From positions 60,001 to 92,000 of the forward strand of contig CP043989.1 of NCBI GenBank assembly GCA_015134435.1: a stretch of 32,000 nt of DNA. The letters run 5' to 3'. Both the position numbers and the translations under genes were made by a program. The notes under the pieces are model-generated. The model searched no databases and was not told the DNA's origin. It worked only from the letters and a program-made list of their open reading frames with translations. The stretch comes from Candidatus Saccharimonadota bacterium. GTDB lineage: Bacteria > Pseudomonadota > Gammaproteobacteria > Enterobacterales > Enterobacteriaceae. Positions 11,548 through 23,600 of this stretch are shown here, one piece after another (position 1 is the stretch's first letter; each line of letters opens with the position of its first letter).

Positions 11548-12459
11548 ATGTATATTCAATTTTTAGGAACTAATGCTGGCACTCCTTCTATAAGAAGAAA
11601 TGTTAGTAGTATGGCTCTTATTTTAAATAGTAATATTTATGAGATATGATTATTTGATTGTGGAGAAGGTACTCAAAATCAAATTTTATATACTTCTATA
11701 AAATTAAATAAAATTAAAAAAATATTTATTACACATATGCATGGTGATCATATTTTTGGTTTAATTGGTTTATTAACTAGTAGATCTATGTGTAATAGTA
11801 ATAATTTATTAGAAATTTATGGTAGTAAAGGTATAAAAAAATTTGTAAAATTAAATTTAAAATTAACTAATTGTTGTATTAATTTTCCTTTAAAAATATT
11901 TGAAATAAAAGAAGGTAAATTATTTAATGATGGAAATTATAAAGTAAGTTGTTTTTTATTAAATCATACATTAGAATGTTATGGTTTTTATATTAAACAA
12001 TGTAATAAATTAGGACATTTAAATGTAAAAAAATTAATATTTGATGGAATATATCCTGGTCCAATATATAAATATTTAAAATTAGGAAAAAAAGTTTATT
12101 TTAATGAAAGAATAATTAATGGTAAAAAATATTTAGGAAAAAATATAAAAGGAAAAAAAATTGCAATTTTAGGTGATACACGTCCTTTAAATAAAAAATG
12201 TATTTATTTATATAATTTAGATGTTTTGATATATGAATCTACTTTAAAACATAATATGTTTAAAGAAGCTAATTCTAGAGGACATTCTACTAATATACAA
12301 GCAGCTATAATTGCTAAAAAATATAATGTAAAAAAATTAATTATTACTCATTTTAGTTCTAGATATTCAAATAAAGATCTTAATTTTATATTAAAAGATT
12401 GTTGTAAATATTTTTTAAATACTAAAATAGCAAAAGATTTTTATATTTTTAAAATATAA
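11548..12459 (+). CDS. rnz: Ribonuclease Z / RNase BN (metallo-beta-lactamase fold)
   Basis: ATG at 11548. MYIQFLGTNAGTPSIRRNVSSMALIL...IWLFDCGEGTQNQIL...IFITHMHGDHIFGLIGLLTSRS matches E. coli RNase BN (FLGTSAGVPT, WLFDCGEGTQHQ, HLHGDHLFGLPGLL). There is one in-frame TGA. The gene is 303 aa and ends with TAA at 12457-12459. Confidence 0.92.
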
Positions 12460-13268
12460 ATTATTTTATTAATAGTTAAAATTTTTATAATATTTTTTAT
12501 TATTTAAAATATTTAAGTATTATGTTTTATTAATATTATTTATAATAATTGATTTAAATATATTAAATTTTTATTTTTTATATTTTATTTTTTTTATATT
12601 AAATATTAATTTTTTTATTTTATTTTAAATTATATATAATATAAATATATTTTTATTAATAATATTAAAATATTAAAAAATTTATTATTAAAATTAAAAA
12701 AATTAAATATTTTTTTTTAAAATTAATTTATTAAATATTTTTAAAATTTTTAAAAATAATTTTTTAAATTATTTAAAAGTAAATTTTAAAATAAAATTAT
12801 ATTTTAAAATAATTTATAAATATTTTAAAATTTGTTATTTTTTAATAATTATTAATTTTATATTATATAAAATATATAATTACTATTAAATATTAATATA
12901 TTTAATAAAAAATTTTATTATATATAATTTTTTATCATTTTAAATATATTATTATATAATATAATTAATATTAATAATAATATATATATATAAATATATA
13001 TATATTAATTATTATTTATAAATTATTAAATATAAAAAATAATTTAAATATTTTAATTATATTTAATATTAATTATTTTATTTATTAATTATTTTATAAA
13101 ATTTTAAATTAATGAATAAATATAAGTTAATAAAATATTATTTATATTAAATTATAAAATTATTAATAAATTTAATTAATTTATATAAAATAAATTTAAT
13201 ATTAAATTATTTTTATTATTTTATTATTTTTATAAAAAATATATATTTTTTTATAATATAAATTTAAT
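12460..13268. other. 809-bp non-coding spacer, about 99% A+T
   Basis: I count only about 10 G/C in 809 nt. TAA stops are dense in all six frames and no ORF is present. It contains (TA)n palindromes (about 12981-13006) and phased T5A4-type tracts (about 12738-12831). Confidence 0.8.
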
Positions 13269-13973
13269 TTATTTATTTTTTTTTATTCCTATTAATTTTA
13301 AATTTAATAAATTTAAATTAATTAAATCTAAATATAATATTAATGCTCCTAATATTGAATATTTTTTTAATTTTTTATTTTTTTTCGATATACATATTCC
13401 TATTTCTTTTAATTTTTGATTATCTCAAGATATTAATATACAAAATGATAATATTCCTAAATATGATGTTATTCATATAATAAAAGAGCTTTTTAATAAA
13501 ATATTAATTAAATTATTTATTATTATATTTATTATAAATATTAATGAAATATTTCCTATTTTTGTTAAATTTATTTTAGATTTATATCCTAATAAACTCA
13601 TAATTAAAAATATAATATTACAAATTATAAATGATATTTTTATTGAATAATATGTATATATTAAAAATATATTTGATATTAATATTCCTATTAATATTGA
13701 ATAAATTATAAATAATAAATTAATAATATTTGTTCTTAATTTATTAATTACATTAGAAAGTAAAAAAATAATAATTAATTGATTTATTAAGAAAGTAAAT
13801 AAAAATAATTTATTAAAAAATATTATTTTTTTAAAAAATGGAATTTTTTTTATACATCATGATGTAAAAAAAGTTATTAATAATCCATATAAAACTCAAT
13901 TATATACTTTATTTATATAAATATTAATATTATTTACAGTATTTTTATAAAAATAATATGAATATTTTTTCAT
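13269..13973 (-). CDS. ybhL: Bax-inhibitor-1 family inner-membrane protein (YbhL/YccA family)
   Basis: It is absent from the ORF track because four TGA codons fragment it. I translated it manually from ATG 13973 to TAA 13269-13271 (234 aa, multi-pass hydrophobic). KVYNWVLYGLLITFFTSW matches QVYGWMTVGLLLTAFVAW, WDNQKLKEIG matches YDTQKLKNMG, and KKYSILGALILYLDLINLNLLNLKLIG matches RKYSILGALTLYLDFINLFLMLLRIFG of my recalled E. coli YbhL. Confidence 0.8.
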
Positions 13974-14123
13974 AATTATTTTCCTTATTATATAATATAT
14001 TTTATATATTTTTTAAATATTATTTTTACTAAATTATTTAAATATATTATATTTAATTAATAATATTATATATTAAATTAATATTTTTATATATAAAATA
14101 TTTTTGATTTTTTATTATATTAT

Positions 14124-14405
14124 ATTATTTTGTATATTTTTTTTTATAACTCAACTTGGATTAAATTTTATAATTTTTTTTTTTGGTATTATAAAATATT
14201 TTTTTGTTATAGGATTTTTTCATTTAATATTTTTTTTATTTTTAATTATAAATTTGCCTAATTTTTTAATTTTAATATTTATTTTTTTTTTTAAATAAAA
14301 TATAATTTTTTTAAAAAAAATATTTAAAATAAAATTTATTTTTTTTTTTGTTATTTTTGTATAATTATTTATATAATTAATAATATCTTTTTTATTATAA
14401 TTCAT
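14124..14405 (-). CDS. ihfA: Integration host factor alpha subunit (HU/IHF family)
   Basis: ORF 14220..14405 plus read-through of two TGA codons to TAA at 14124-14126 gives 93 aa. KKLGKFIIKNKKNIKWKNPITKKYFIIPKKKKIIKFNPS parallels [37 protein letters not shown]. It lies immediately downstream of pheT, as in the conserved pheST-ihfA arrangement. Confidence 0.85.
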
Positions 14406-14410
14406 ATAAT

Positions 14411-16636
14411 TTAATTAATTAAAGCATTAAATTTATTTTTTAATAAATTTTTACATTTATTAATAATATTATTTATTTCTTTTTTTTTTAATGTTTTTTT
14501 ATTATCTTGTATATTTAATCTTAATGTTATATTTTTTTTTTTATTTTTTTTTAAATAATTATTATTATATATTTTTATAATATTTATTTTTTTTATTATT
14601 TTTTTATTAATTGATAAACATTTTTTTATTATATTATTTATTTTTATATTTTTATTTATAATTATTGTTATATCCCTTTTATTATTTTGATATTTTGATA
14701 TATTTTTAATTATTTTATTTTTTTTAAATAATATATTTTTTATTTTTATTTCTAATAAATATATTGGGTGTTTAAATAAATATTTTTTTTGTAATTTATA
14801 ATTTAACATCCCCATATAACCTATTTTTTTTTTTTTATAAAATATATCTGTATTTTGATTTTTATCTAATATCTTATTATTAGATTTTTTTATATATAAA
14901 TGTTTTTTTTTATTTCTTTTTTTAAAAATATATTCTAAATCTCCTTTTATATCATAAAAATCAAAATATTTATTATTTGTATATCATTTATCTTTATTTT
15001 TATATCCATATAATATTAAAGATAATTTTTTATATTCTTTAATTTTATTGTTTTTTATATTAAAACATGTACCTAATTCAAAAAATTTAATACTTTCTTC
15101 TTGTCTTTTAATATTAAAATATACAGTTTTTAACATATTTAATATTAAAGAAATTCTTAATCATCCCATATTTTTAGATATTGGATTATATATTTTTATA
15201 TTTTTATATTTTTTAAATAATTTATTTTCTTTATTTTTATTAATAAATTGAAAATTTATTATTTCTATATATCCTATATTTTTAATTATATTTCTAATTT
15301 TATTTATTTTTTTTGAAATATTTATTTTTTTATTAATTATAATTTTAGTTTTAAAATTTTTTATAGGAATTTTATTATATCCATATATTTTTAATATTTC
15401 TGATATTATATTTTCTATAATATATATATTATTTTTTCATTTTGGTAATTTTATAATTATATATTTTTTTTTTTTTTTTATTATTTTATATTTTATAGAT
15501 TTTATAATATTAATTATTTTTTTTTTATTTATATAAAATCCAATTTTTTTTTTAATATATTTATAATTTAAAATTAATATTTTATTATTATTTTTTTTTT
15601 TATTAATTATAGTATTTGTTTTATTTGATGTTCCTTTATATTTTTTTTTTATTAATTCACATGTTTTTTGTAAAAATATATCTTGTATATTATAATAAAT
15701 ATTACTTATATATTTATTAATTTTAATATTATTTAAATTATTTTTTTTTATAAAATATTTATTATTAAATAATGGTGCAATTAAAATTAAATTTTTAGTA
15801 TTTTTACTTATATGATATTTTTTAATATTTTTTTTTAAAAAAATATTTTCTTTTATATATATATATTTATTTTTTATAAAATTATATTTTTTTATTTTAT
15901 TTAAATCTAAATATATTATTTTTTGTCCTGATTCTATTAAAATATAATTTATTATATCTTTAATATTATTACTTTTTTTTATATTTAATATATTAAATTT
16001 ATTTTCATCATTTATATTTATTTTTTTATTTAAGTATTTAATATTATTTATAATAATATATTTATAATTTATTATATTTTTATCTATTATATTATTTATT
16101 ATAATTAAATTATTTTTAATTTTTTTTTTGATTTTATTTTTATTTATAAATATATTTTTTTTTATTAAAATTGATATTTCTTTACATATTGAATATATAT
16201 TATTACAATTTATTTTATTATATGGTATATTTATATTTAATAAATTTATTTTATTTAAATATTTAATATTTTTTAATAATGTTTTTTTTTTTTTATATAA
16301 TATAAATATATCTTTTTTATAATATTTTTTTTTGATATAAAATAAAAATTTTTTTTTTATATCTTTTTTATTTATTAATATATATTTATTTTTTATATTT
16401 TCTTTATTATATTTTATATATATATTATATATATTTTTTTTATATAATATTTTAATTAAAATTAATTTTAATAATTTTATTTTAAATGAATTTATTTTTT
16501 TTATTATATAATTTTTATTTTTTTTTATATTTATATAATTAGTTTCAAATCCATTATTATTTAATATATTAATTATATTTTTAATATTTATATTATTTTT
16601 TATATATTTTTTAATTCAAGTTTGAGAAAATTTCAT
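14411..16636 (-). CDS. pheT: Phenylalanyl-tRNA synthetase beta subunit
   Basis: ATG at 16636. MKFSQTWIKKYIKNNINIKNIINILNNNGFE matches E. coli MKFSELWLREWV...GLE. The frame is continuous (TGA=Trp) down to TAA at 14411-14413, which includes ORF 14411..14815, giving 741 aa. It starts 26 nt downstream of pheS. Confidence 0.88.
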
Positions 16637-16662
16637 ATATTTTATTTATTAATTATTAAAAA

Positions 16663-17637
16663 TTAAAATTGTTTTAATAATTTAATATTATTTTCATATA
16701 ATAATTTTATATTTTTAATATTATATTTTATCATTATTAATCTTTCTATTCCTAAACCAAATGCTATTCCTGAATATATTTTATTATTAATATTTAAATT
16801 TTTTAATATTTTTGGATGTATTAAACCACATCCTAATATTTCTATTCATTTATTTTGTTGATTTTTTATAAAAACTTCAGCTGAAGGTTCTGTAAAAGGA
16901 AAATATGATGGTAAAAATTTAATTTTTATTTTTTTATTAAAATAATAAAATAAAAATTTAAAAATAATATATTTTAAATTTGAAAAATTTATATTTTTAT
17001 CTATTAAAAATAAATCTAATTGATGGAATGTTGGAGTATGTGTTTTATCGTAATCTCTTCTAAAAACACATCCTGATGTAATTATTTTAATAGGTGGTTT
17101 ATTTTTTTTTATATATCTTGTTTGTAAACATGAAGTTTGAGTTCTTAATAAGTAATTTTTATTAATTCAAAATGTATCTTTTTTAGATCTTGATGGATGA
17201 TATTTATTTATATTTAATGCATCAAAGTTATGATATATATCTTCTATCTCATTTCCTGATATATTATCAAATCCTATTTTTTCAAAAAATTTTTCTATTT
17301 TATTTAATGTAATATTAATAATATGTTTATTTCCTATATTTGGAATTTTTCCAGGAAGTGATATATCTATTTTTTTTTTAGTTTTTTTTATATTTTTTTT
17401 TAATATTTTTTTTTTTAATATATTTATTTTATTTTTTATATATTTTTTAATTTTATTAATTTTTTTACCTATTTTAGGTCTTAATTTTAAAGATATTTTT
17501 TTTATATTTTTTATAAATTTGTTTATATATCCTTTTTTACTTAAATATTTTATACGAATTTTTTCTAAAAAATTTATATTGTTTATATTTTTAATTTCTT
17601 TATTGAATTTTTTTAAATATTTTTTGAATTTTAACAT
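16663..17637 (-). CDS. pheS: Phenylalanyl-tRNA synthetase alpha subunit
   Basis: ORF 17167..17637 continues through TGA codons. Class II motifs are present: HPSRSKKDTFW, LLRTQTS, GCVFRRDYDKTHTPTFHQLD, FPFTEPSAEV and GCGLIHPKIL...AFGLGIERL. TAA at 16663-16665 gives 324 aa. Confidence 0.94.
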
Positions 17638-17657
17638 TTTTTAAAAATATATTATTT

Positions 17658-18005
17658 TTATTTTTTAATTAATGATATTATTTTATTAAAACTTTTTTTT
17701 TCATTATTAATTATTTCAAATAATATTTTTCTATTTAAATTTATAAATTTTTTTTTTAGTTTATTAATAAATTTACTATATGTTAATCCATATTTTCTTA
17801 CTTTTGCATTAATTTGTAAAATTCAAGTTTTACGAAAATTTCTTTTTTTTTGTTTTCTATGTATATATGAATATTGTCCAGCTTTTATTACTGCTTGTTT
17901 AGCTGATTTATATGTTTTTGATCTACAAGAATAATAACCTTTAGCTTTTTTTAATATTTTTTTATGTTTTTTATGAGCAATAACACCTCTTTTAATTCTA
18001 ATCAT
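17658..18005 (-). CDS. rplT: 50S ribosomal protein L20
   Basis: [61 protein letters not shown]... matches L20 ([29 protein letters not shown]). There is one TGA. The gene is 115 aa and ends with TAA at 17658-17660. Confidence 0.95.
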
Positions 18006-18036
18006 AAAATACCTATTTATTATTTTTTATTTATAA

Positions 18037-18234
18037 TTATAAATATGGGTTAATTTTTTTTATTATTTTAGAATATTTTTTATTTATAATTTTTTTTTTT
18101 TTTAATTTTCTTTTTCTTTTTTTACTTTTTTTTGTTAAAATATGACGTAGATTAGAATTTTTAAATTTTAATTTTCCTGAAGAAGTTTTTTTTATTCTTT
18201 TTTTAATTGATTTAATAGTTTTTATTTTTAACAT
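18037..18234 (-). CDS. rpmI: 50S ribosomal protein L35
   Basis: This 65-aa basic ORF, MLKIKTIKSIKKRIKKTSSGKLKFKNSNLRHILTKKSKKRKRKL, is typical of L35 (PKIKTVRGAAKRFKKT...HILTKK). It sits between infC and rplT. Confidence 0.93.
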   Translation of the reverse strand: MLKIKTIKSIKKRIKKTSSGKLKFKNSNLRHILTKKSKKRKRKLKKKKIINKKYSKIIKKINPYL

Positions 18235-18235
18235 A

Positions 18236-18781
18236 TTATTTTTTTTTTTGTATTAAAATTATTGTAATTTGTCTATTTTCTATTGTTTTATTTATAAAAA
18301 ATATATTTTTATTATTTTTTTTTAATTTATTTTCGATTTTATTCATCATATTAATTGCTATATTTTTATGTATTATTTCTCTTCCTCTTAACATAATTAT
18401 TATTTTTATTTTATATTTTTTTTTTATTAATTTTATTATATTTTTTATTTTTATTTTGTAATCATTTTTATCTGTATTAGGTCTAAATTTTATTTCTTTT
18501 ATTTTTAATATTTTATTTTTTTTATTTTTTTTATTTTTTTTTTTATTATATATGTATTTTCCATAATCAAATATTTTACATATAGATGGGTTTATATTAG
18601 GATTAATTTCTACTAAATCTAAATTAAGATTTTTTGCTATTTTTAATGCATCTTTAGTTAATATTATATTATTTTTTTTATTATTTTTAATATTATTTAT
18701 TAATTTTATTTTATATTTTTTAATTTCATTATTTATTTTATATTTTTTTATATATATATTTTTTTTATAATTTTTAATAAT
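18236..18781 (-). CDS. infC: Translation initiation factor IF-3, non-AUG (ATT) start inferred
   Basis: The frame is open from 18814 down to TAA at 18236-18238. INNEIKKYKILINN...ILTKDALKIAKNLNLDLVEINPNINPSICKIFDYGKYIYNKKK...IKEIKFRPNTDKNDYKIKIKNIIKLI...MLRGREIIHKNIA matches IF-3. There is no ATG, GTG or TTG in frame upstream of the conserved core. ATT ATT at 18781-18776 aligns with the E. coli N-terminus length, giving 181 aa. Confidence 0.85.
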   Translation of the reverse strand: MIKNYKKNIYIKKYKINNEIKKYKIKLINNIKNNKKNNIILTKDALKIAKNLNLDLVEINPNINPSICKIFDYGKYIYNKKKNKKNKKNKILKIKEIKFRPNTDKNDYKIKIKNIIKLIKKKYKIKIIIMLRGREIIHKNIAINMMNKIENKLKKNNKNIFFINKTIENRQITIILIQKKK

Positions 18782-18785
18782 TTTA

Positions 18786-18790
18786 TCCTT
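18786..18790 (-). promoter_or_regulatory. Shine-Dalgarno-like AAGGA upstream of the infC ATT start, overlapping the thrS stop codon
   Basis: The minus-strand sequence is TAAGGATAAAATTATT. AAGGA lies 4 nt before the first ATT and 7 nt before the second. It is one of very few G-containing motifs in any inter-cistronic gap here, and most other genes have no visible SD. Confidence 0.35.
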
Positions 18791-19988
18791 ATTTAAATTT
18801 TTTAATTTTAAATTTTATTTTTTTAATTAATTTTTTTAATGATGTTGTGTATATTTTATTATTATAAGATCTTATACTTATAATATTTAATTTTTTTTCT
18901 TTATCGCCGCATATTATCATGTAAGGTATTTTTTGTAAAGTATATTTTCTTATTTTAAAATTTATTTTTTTATTTTTAAAATCTCCTATAGAATCAATAT
19001 TATTTTTAATTAATTTTTTTAATATATATTTTGAATATTTTAAATGTTTTATTGAAATATTTATTACTACTATTTTTATAGGTGCTAATCATATTGGAAA
19101 TTTTCCATTATATTGTTCTATTATAATTCCTATAAATCTTTCTAATGAACCTAATATTGCTCTATGTATTATTATAGGATATTTTTTTTTATTATTTTTA
19201 TTTAAATAAATTATATTTAATTTTTTTGATAAAAAATAATCTAATTGTATTGTCCCACATTGTCATTTTCTATTAAAAAAATCTTTTAATATAAATTCAA
19301 TTTTAGGTCCATAAAATGCACCTTTTTTATTTTTAATTTGAAATTTTATTTTTTTTTTTTTTAAAATATTAATAATTTTATTTTCTGCTATATTTCATAT
19401 TTTTTTTTTTCCTAAATATTTTTTTGGTCTAGTAGATAAATATATTTTTATATGTTTAAATTTAAATTTAAATATTTTATATATTTCATAAGTCATATTT
19501 ATACATTTTGATATTTCAATTTCAATATTTTTTGAATTACAAAATATATGAGCATCATCTTGAATAAATGATTTTGTTCTCATTAATCCATATAAAGATC
19601 CAGAATTTTCATTTCTATGACATATTCCAAATTCAGATATTCTTAAAGGTAAATTTTTATAAGATTTTATTTTTTGTTTATATATTTCTATATGACCTAA
19701 ACAATTCATTGGTTTAATACATAAAATTTTATTTTTATATTTTGTATAGAATATGTATTTTTTATAATTTTTTCAATGTCCGCTTTTTAATCATATATTT
19801 TGATCAATTAAAAAAGTTGTAATTACTTCTTCATATTTATATTTTTTTAATTTTTTTCTTATTAATTTTTTTATATTTTCTAAAAGTTTAAATCCATTAG
19901 AATGTCAAAAAATCATTCCAGGTGATATATTACTTGTATGATATAAATTTAATTTTTTATTTAATAATCTATGATCTATATTTTTCAT
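18789..19988 (-). CDS. thrS: Threonyl-tRNA synthetase, catalytic core plus anticodon-binding domain only (N-terminal TGS and editing domains absent)
   Basis: ATG at 19988. [36 protein letters not shown]... aligns with E. coli ThrRS starting near residue 240 ([29 protein letters not shown]). It continues through [17 protein letters not shown] 19395..19709 ([31 protein letters not shown]), [10 protein letters not shown] and [16 protein letters not shown] to CGDKEKK and TAA at 18789-18791. That is 399 aa, against about 640. Confidence 0.92.
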
Positions 19989-20045
19989 TATTTTATTTTT
20001 AAAAATATTTATTTTTTTTAATTATATAAAATATATTAATATATA

Positions 20046-20089
<44 letters not shown>

Positions 20090-20103
20090 ATTATATATTA
20101 ATT

Positions 20104-20643
20104 TTGATAAAATTATATAAAAATAGGGTTTATGTGTATATAAAAAATCATTTAATTTTTTGTATTTCTTTTATTATTTTTTTATTTAAAATATTTAAAA
20201 TTTTTAATTTAAATATTAATATAGTAAATTTTTTTTTTATTTCACTTTTATCATCTATAATGCCTGATATAGATCATCCTAATTCTTTTTTAGGTAATAA
20301 ATTTAAAATTTTATCTTTTTTATTATTTAATTTTTTTGGACATAGAACTATTACTCATAGTTTATTAGGAGTAATAATATATTTTTTATTTATTGTATAT
20401 TTAAATTTTTTTTTAAATTTTAATTTTGATATCATATTAGCTTTATTTTTAGGTTATTTTAGTCATATTTTTTGTGATATGTTTACTTTTAAAGGAATAT
20501 TTTTTTTATGACCATATAAAATTAAATTTAGAATTCCATTTATTTATATATATATTAATAAAAAAAATGAATATTATTTTTGTATTATTTTTTTTATTTT
20601 TTCTTTATTTTTTAATAATTTTTGTATTAAGAATATTAATTAA
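20104..20643 (+). CDS. ydjM: Inner-membrane metal-dependent hydrolase, YdjM family (DUF457)
   Basis: SIMPDIDHPNSFLGNKFKILSFLLFNFFGHRTITHSLLGV matches my recalled E. coli YdjM LLPDIDHPKSFLGQRLKWISKPIARAFGHRGFTHSLLAV. GYFSHIFCDMFTFKGIFFLWPYKIKFRIPF matches GYLSHILADMLTPAGVPLLWPCRWRFRLPI, with TGA at the conserved Trp (20509-20511). TAA is at 20641-20643. The start is uncertain: TTG 20104 or GTG 20134. Confidence 0.82.
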
Positions 20644-20653
20644 TTTTAAAAAT

Positions 20654-23600
20654 ATGTTTACATTATATCAATCTAATAATTTAAATATTTTGAAAGAAAA
20701 TATGTTATATATTATAAAAAAAAATAAAATAAATAATATTTTTTTTTGTAATAATTTTATATTAGTTCCTAATAATAATGTTTCTTTAAATATAAAAATT
20801 TTTTTAGCTAAAAAATTAGGTATATGTGCAAATTTTAAATTTTTATTATTAAATAATTTTATATTAAAAATTTATAAAATAATTATACCTAATATTTATA
20901 AAAATAATTATTTTAATAAAAATAATTTATTATTAATAATATTTAATATTTTACCTAAACTTATAAAATTAAATGAATTTTTGATAATAAAAAAATATTT
21001 AAATTATGATTATAGTTATGAAAAATTATTTTATTTATCAATTAAAATTTCTAATATTTTTTTTAAATATTTAATTTATAGATTAGATTGATTATATAAA
21101 TGAGAAAATTATAAATATGTAAAAAATATTAATAATTTTATTCATCAAAAATGACAATCTATATTATGAAGAGAAATAAAAAAATTTATTAGTAATAAAT
21201 TTTTATTTAATTTTAATAAATTTAATATTTATTTTGAATTTTGTAATAAATTAAAAAAAAAAAATTTTATTTTTCCTAAAAATATTATTAATAATATTAA
21301 TATATTTAATATTTCATATATACCACCTATTTATATAAATATTTTATATTTAATATCAAAATATATTAATGTTAATTATTTTTTATTTAATCCATGTTAT
21401 AAAATTTGATATAAAAATATATTTTTTAATAATAAAAAAAGTAATTTTAAATGTTATAAAGAATATAAATCTTTTAATAATAAAAATAATTATAATTTTA
21501 TTTTATTAAATTATGGTAAAAGTTTTTCTAAACATTTATTATTATTATCAAAATTAAATATTAAAAAAATAAATTATTTTATAGATATAAAAAGAAATAA
21601 TAAATTAAATATTATTAAAAATAATGTTTTACATTTTAATAATAATTTTAGTAAAATAAAAGATGATAATTCTATTATAATTAATAAATCTAATGGATAT
21701 ATGGAAGAAATAAAAAAATTAAAAAATTTTTTATTTGATTTAATTATTAATAAAAATTATAATGTTAATGATATAATTGTAAATGTAACAGATATTAATT
21801 TATATTCTATATATATAGAATCAATATTTTCTAATAAATTTTGTAAAAAATATTTACCTTTTAAAATATTAGAAAATAATAATTTTTATAATAATGAATT
21901 ATTAAATATATTTTTAAATTTATTAAATATATATAATTTAGAATTTAATTTAGTTGAATTATTATGTTTTTTTAAAAAAAAAGTAATATTTAAGAAATTT
22001 AATATTAATTATGAAGAATTAAAAGTTATTTTATATATTATAAAAAATATTGGTTTAAATATAAATTTAAATGAAAAATTGAATAAAAATATAACTAATA
22101 AATTTAATTATTTAACTTTAATAAATTGATTAAAAAGAATTTTATTAGGTTATTGTATAGATAATGAATATTATATTTGAAATAATATTATTCCTTATAG
22201 TTATTTATCTAATAATTTTTATTATGATTTAATTGAAAAAATATTAAAATTTTTTGATAAAATTTTATTTTGAAAAAATATTTTAAATAAAAAATATTTA
22301 TTCTCTGATTGAATTTTTATATGTATAAAATTTATAAATAATTTTTTTTATAAAAAATATTTAAATAAAAGTTGTTTTTTAAATAAAAATATTTTCTTTT
22401 CTATTTTAAAAAAATATAAAATTTATTTTTCTAATAAATATTTAGATATTAATATTTTTAAAAAAATTTTAATTTATTTTTTAAAATGTAAAAAAAAAAA
22501 AAAAATATATTCTATAGATTGTATAAATTTTTGTTCATTTAATTATTCTGAATCTTTATTTTTTAAAGTTATATGTTTAATTGGAATGAATGAAAATATT
22601 TATTTAAAAAATAAAATTTATTGTAATTTTGATTTAATTTATTATAATTGAAGAATAGGTGATTATGATAAAAATAATAATAATAAATATTTATTTTTAC
22701 AAAAAATTTTATTTTCAAATAAATTATATATAAGTTATATTAATTTTTCTTTTATAGATAATAATTTTAATTTTCCATCTATATTATTAATTTTTTTAAA
22801 AAATTATATATCTATATTTATAGATAAAAATTTTTTATATAGAAAAAAAAAAAATAATTTTATTTTTTTAAAAAAAAATATATATAATATAAAAAAATAT
22901 AATTTAAATATATCTAATTATATAAATAAAAATAAATATTTTAATATATTAAATAATAAATATATTATTAATTTATTTAATTTACATAATTTTTGATTAA
23001 ATCCAATTAAATATTTTTTTATTTATTATCATGGTATAAATTATTTTATTGATAATATATATATTAATAAAAATGAAAATTTTGATTTAAATATAAAAAA
23101 TTTTTATTTATTTAAATTTAAAATTATAGATATTTTAATAAAATATGGAAATATAAATAATATTTATTTATATTTAAAATATTTAAATTTATTTCCTATT
23201 AATAATTTTGGTAAAATATTATGAAATAAAGAAAAAAAAAATATTTTTAATTTAGTTGAAAATATTAAAAATTTTTATTTAAAAATTAAAAAAATTAAAA
23301 TTAAATGTATAATTAATAATTATATTATAAAAGGTTATATATATAAAAATAATAATTTAGGTTTATTTAAATGATTACCTAAAAAATTAAATTTAATAGA
23401 TGCTTTATTATTATGAATAGATCATTTATTATATTGTTATATGGGTGGTAATAAATGTAGTTATTTATATGGATATAATAGTATATGATGTTTTTTACCT
23501 ATAGATAAATATAAATGTATAAAATATATAAATAAATATATTAATGGTTATTTAAATAGTTTTAATTATCCTGTATTTTTTTTACCTAAATCTTCAAATA

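Noticed and set aside
12460-13268. Possible hidden gene, rRNA or ncRNA, CRISPR-like array or IS remnant in the long spacer.
   Set aside because: At about 1% G+C it has stops every few codons in all six frames. There are no repeat-spacer units of constant length, no inverted terminal repeats and no structured-RNA-like GC stems. Any periodic AT motifs could arise by chance at this composition.
20474-20653. A 60-codon N-terminal extension of recC in the ORF track (MICLLLKEYFFYDH...), overlapping the end of ydjM.
   Set aside because: This segment is the ydjM 3' region read in another frame. Homology to RecC begins exactly at the ATG at 20654 (MFTLYQSN vs MLRVYHSN).
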